The notes under the pieces were generated by a model that made no database searches, was not told the origin of the DNA, and saw only the letters and a program-made list of their open reading frames with translations. From sequence record MW822011: DNA of 64,000 nt; one strand, written 5' to 3'. The stretch comes from Shigella phage TB004. Below are positions 59,565 to 64,000 of the stretch, piece after piece. Every line of letters begins with the position of its first letter. Positions within the stretch are counted from its first letter, which is position 1. Made by a program: the position numbers and the translations under genes.

Positions 59565-60175
59565 TGCTCTATCAAATGCACAAGTGCAAAGATACATACA
59601 AATATAAAGGTGCCCAGTGTTATATCATTAATCGTGAAAACGCGGGTCCAGGTCATTCACATCAATCACGGTTTGTATTCGTTAAAAACAATGAAATTAT
59701 AGCAGTTGCTAATTACATGCTTGTGACTAATGATGTTAATCCAGTGCCTTTTACATATTATAATCTAATGGATTTGGCGTACGATTATAATTGGTTTAAT
59801 CATGATACTTTGGCTCATATTGAAGGCGTAGGATTTGACATCTCTTATTCTAGTTACTCGTTGTGTCCTATGAGCCGAGCTCATAAAGAGCCTGAATATT
59901 TTTCATTTCGTCGGCGCGTAGACTTTAAACGCAGCACAGAGTATGTCGGTGGAATCTTTGTTAAAGATAATCGAATTACTCGCATTATTTATCCTTTGGG
60001 CTGTGGTCAAAAAGATATTGATGTTGATTTAGACTTTACTGAAAACATCATTAATCATATTGCTTCTGTGTATTTTGATATTGATCACAAAATTGTAATA
60101 TGTGGATATGAATTACCATCAGAAAAACAGTCTATTGATGACCAAATTTTTAATGCTTTTATGAATAGAGGTTAA
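59564..60175 (+). CDS. hypothetical protein (61.2 position)
   Basis: 203 aa. Confidence 0.5.
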   Translation: MLYQMHKCKDTYKYKGAQCYIINRENAGPGHSHQSRFVFVKNNEIIAVANYMLVTNDVNPVPFTYYNLMDLAYDYNWFNHDTLAHIEGVGFDISYSSYSLCPMSRAHKEPEYFSFRRRVDFKRSTEYVGGIFVKDNRITRIIYPLGCGQKDIDVDLDFTENIINHIASVYFDIDHKIVICGYELPSEKQSIDDQIFNAFMNRG

Positions 60176-60176
60176 T

Positions 60177-60341
60177 ATGAAAACATATAAAGAATTTATT
60201 AAAGAAGATATGGTCGCTGGAGATTCAGGTGGTAATCCTGAAAATATCTCCACTGGAACAACGTCAGGCGCTGTAGTAAATAAAGGTCCTGAACAGATTC
60301 CTAAAAAGAAAAAAGAGGAATCTAAAGAAAAAGAAGAGTAA
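60177..60341 (+). CDS. small capsid-targeted peptide (CTS-bearing)
   Basis: 54 aa starting MKTYKEFIKE, same CTS as internal proteins; GAGG RBS; Lys/Glu-rich tail. Confidence 0.45.
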   Translation: MKTYKEFIKEDMVAGDSGGNPENISTGTTSGAVVNKGPEQIPKKKKEESKEKEE

Positions 60342-60343
60342 AA

Positions 60344-61372
60344 ATGTCATCAATACCTTGGATTGATAATGAGTTTGCATACCGTGCATTAGCTCATTTA
60401 CCTAAATTCACACAAGTAAATAATAGTTCAACTTTTAAATTACGGTTTAGATGCCCTGTTTGTGGAGATTCAAAAACCGACCAAAATAAAGCCCGTGGAT
60501 GGTATTACGGCGATAATAATGAAGGAAATATTCATTGTTATAACTGCAACTATCATGCACCAATCGGAATATATTTAAAGGAGTTTGAACCTGATTTATA
60601 TCGTGAGTATATCTTTGAAATAAGAAAAGAAAAAGGTAAAAGTCGTCCAGTAGAAAAACCTAAAGAACTTCCTAAACAACCTGAGAAGAAAATAATTAAA
60701 TCTCTTCCGTCATGTATTAGATTAGATAAACTGGCGGAAGACCATCCAATTATAAAATACGTAAAAGCTCGTTGTATTCCAAAGGATAAATGGAAATATC
60801 TTTGGTTTACAACCGAATGGCCTAAATTAGTTAATAGCATAGCACCAGGAACATATAAAAAGGAAATACCTGAGCCTCGTCTTGTTATTCCAATTTATAA
60901 TGCTAATGGAAAAGTTGAGTCTTTTCAAGGACGTGCATTAAAGAAAGATGCTCCCCAAAAATATATCACCATCAAAGCTTATCCTGAGGCAACAAAAATC
61001 TATGGTGTCGAACGGGTTAAAGATGGTGATGTATATGTTCTAGAAGGACCTATAGATTCGCTTTTTATTGAAAATGGTATAGCTATTACGGGCGGTCAAT
61101 TAGACCTAGAAATTGTTCCATTTAAAGATAGACGTGTATGGGTTTTGGATAATGAACCTCGTCATCCTGACACTATTAAACGAATGACTAAATTGGTTGA
61201 TGCAGGAGAAAGGGTTATGTTTTGGGACAAATCTCCCTGGAAATCAAAAGATGTTAATGATATGATTAGAAAGGAAGGTGCAACCCCTGAACAAATTATG
61301 GAATATATGAAAAATAATATTGCGCAGGGATTGATGGCTAAAATGCGGCTATCTAAATATGCTAAGATTTAA
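60344..61372 (+). CDS. 61: DNA primase gp61
   Basis: 342 aa, zinc ribbon CPVCGDS...CYNCNYH plus TOPRIM-like core. Confidence 0.92.
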   Translation: MSSIPWIDNEFAYRALAHLPKFTQVNNSSTFKLRFRCPVCGDSKTDQNKARGWYYGDNNEGNIHCYNCNYHAPIGIYLKEFEPDLYREYIFEIRKEKGKSRPVEKPKELPKQPEKKIIKSLPSCIRLDKLAEDHPIIKYVKARCIPKDKWKYLWFTTEWPKLVNSIAPGTYKKEIPEPRLVIPIYNANGKVESFQGRALKKDAPQKYITIKAYPEATKIYGVERVKDGDVYVLEGPIDSLFIENGIAITGGQLDLEIVPFKDRRVWVLDNEPRHPDTIKRMTKLVDAGERVMFWDKSPWKSKDVNDMIRKEGATPEQIMEYMKNNIAQGLMAKMRLSKYAKI

Positions 61373-61569
61373 ATTAACCCAACTAAAGCAAATGCTAAAT
61401 CTACGAATGTATCAAGAGTAATTACCGGAATACTAACGCCATGAGCAATAGCAACTGGCGATAAAATAAAGTTCCAGAGTAAAATTCCTATCATAGCAGA
61501 AATAGTAAAAGCTATACGTTTTTTATTACCTTTGATGGCATCAACAAGTGCCATTAATTTTTGTACCAT
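61369..61569 (-). CDS. small membrane protein on opposite strand
   Basis: 66 aa, two TM helices; AGGAGG RBS 7 nt upstream; stop overlaps gene 61 stop. Confidence 0.55.
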   Translation of the reverse strand: MVQKLMALVDAIKGNKKRIAFTISAMIGILLWNFILSPVAIAHGVSIPVITLDTFVDLAFALVGLI

Positions 61570-61609
61570 GCGTCGTCCTCCTTTAAATTAAATATTTATC
61601 GCAAATTTT

Positions 61610-61650
61610 ACAAAATTTGTTTACTTTCTCAGCTTGCTGTGGTATTATAA
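61610..61650 (+). promoter_or_regulatory. early promoter
   Basis: GTTTAC -35, TATTAT -10 upstream of 61674 ORF. Confidence 0.5.
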
Positions 61651-61673
61651 AATAAACTGCTGAGGATAATATA

Positions 61674-63013
<1,340 letters not shown>

Positions 63014-63075
63014 TTGCTTATATATTCAAATGATATAATTATTTAACTTATTAATGAATTGAAAGGAAAAATAAT

Positions 63076-63594
63076 ATGCCACATTTCAACGAATGTAGTC
63101 AACTGATCGAAGGCGCCGATAAAGCTCAAAATGAATACTGGGATATTCTCGGTGATGAAAAAGACCCACTGCAGGTTATGCTTGATATGCAGAAATCTTT
63201 GCAGGTTCGTTTAGCTAAAGATAAACCTGAATATAACCGTCATCCTGATGATTTGGCTACTGCAGGCGAAGTTGTTGATTGGCTGCGTAATCAGAAAGAT
63301 TACATTGATGATGAATTCCGCGAACTTCTGACTTCTCTTGGTGGTATGAGCAATGGTGAAAAAGATGCATCTGCTGTATGGAAGCCTTGGAAGTCGCAGC
63401 ATGGTGAACGCCGTGAAACTCTAATTACTGATTTGTCTCCTCAAGACCAGTTGGAAATTAAATTCGAAATGATTGATATTCTTCATTTCGTTCTGAACAT
63501 GTTCCAAGGTCTCGGCCTTACTGCTGAAGAAATCTTTAAACTTTATTATTTGAAGAATGCTGAAAACTTCGCTCGTCAAGATCGAGGTTATTAA
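63076..63594 (+). CDS. 56: dCTP pyrophosphatase gp56
   Basis: 172 aa; matches recalled T4 gp56. Confidence 0.85.
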   Translation: MPHFNECSQLIEGADKAQNEYWDILGDEKDPLQVMLDMQKSLQVRLAKDKPEYNRHPDDLATAGEVVDWLRNQKDYIDDEFRELLTSLGGMSNGEKDASAVWKPWKSQHGERRETLITDLSPQDQLEIKFEMIDILHFVLNMFQGLGLTAEEIFKLYYLKNAENFARQDRGY

Positions 63595-63628
63595 TATAAA
63601 TGACGGCTTAAAAGCTGTGAGAATTTAT

Positions 63629-63636
63629 TATAAATA
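63629..63636 (+). promoter_or_regulatory. late promoter TATAAATA for soc
   Basis: exact TATAAATA about 30 nt upstream of soc ATG. Confidence 0.6.
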
Positions 63637-63666
63637 GTCATGTAATTTAAATAAAAGGAGAATTAC

Positions 63667-63912
63667 ATGGCTAGTACTCGCGGTTATGTTAATATTAAAA
63701 CATTTGAGCAGAAATTAGATGGAAATAAGAAAATTGAAGGAAAAGAAATTTCTGTAGCTTTCCCTCTTTATTCTGACGTTCACAAAATTTCTGGTGCTCA
63801 TTACCAGATATTCCCTTCAGAAAAAGCAGCATATACTACTGTATACGAAGAAAATCAACGTGATGCATGGATTGCTGCAAACGAAGATCTGTGGAAAGTA
63901 ACTGGTGGTTAA
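63667..63912 (+). CDS. soc: small outer capsid protein Soc
   Basis: 81 aa MASTRGYVNIKTFEQKLDG..., matches T4 Soc. Confidence 0.9.
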   Translation: MASTRGYVNIKTFEQKLDGNKKIEGKEISVAFPLYSDVHKISGAHYQIFPSEKAAYTTVYEENQRDAWIAANEDLWKVTGG

Positions 63913-63920
63913 TAATTCAA

Positions 63921-64000
63921 GGACTCCTTCGGGAGTCCTTTTTTCATTTTGCCAGTTTACTTTCCAAAATGAGTATGGTATAATAAAACTATCTTATAGA
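63921..64000. repeat. terminator hairpin plus early-promoter cassette, third copy of 20059-20130 unit
   Basis: GGACTCC-TTCG-GGAGTCC hairpin, T6, then identical 72-bp promoter unit ending at window edge. Confidence 0.8.

Overview
This window is a T-even (T4-like, Tequatrovirus-type) phage genome segment, read opposite to the usual T4 map direction, running from the start of baseplate gene 53 through soc. Almost all genes are on the + strand and tightly packed. Recognisable blocks: late genes 4-2-3, dNMP kinase (1), 57A/57B, the internal-protein locus, a 10-tRNA cluster, nudE, lysozyme e, ipIII/ipII, a denV remnant, regB, tk, rI, nrdC, endonuclease VII (49), nrdD/nrdG, sigma factor 55, alpha-glucosyltransferase, 47/46, rpbA, the 45-44-62-regA-43 replication block, imm, 42, uvsX-40-41, dmd, spackle, primase 61, dam, 56 and soc. 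Calls rest on motifs read from the translations plus recalled T4 gene order and lengths; no database search was run, so symbols for small ORFs are positional guesses. Departures from what I recall of T4 include extra tRNAs (Tyr, Asn), four free-standing homing-endonuclease genes (one duplicating the 5' end of nrdG), an intronless nrdD, a GT-A-type second glucosyltransferase, a frameshifted ipIII, an internally deleted denV, and a GrcA-like gene whose 3' half looks host-derived. The strongest candidates for something undescribed are a nuclease-like ORF translationally coupled to dam with an antisense membrane ORF beside it, four tandem paralogs upstream of nrdC, and a nucleotidyltransferase/AAA+ ATPase pair.
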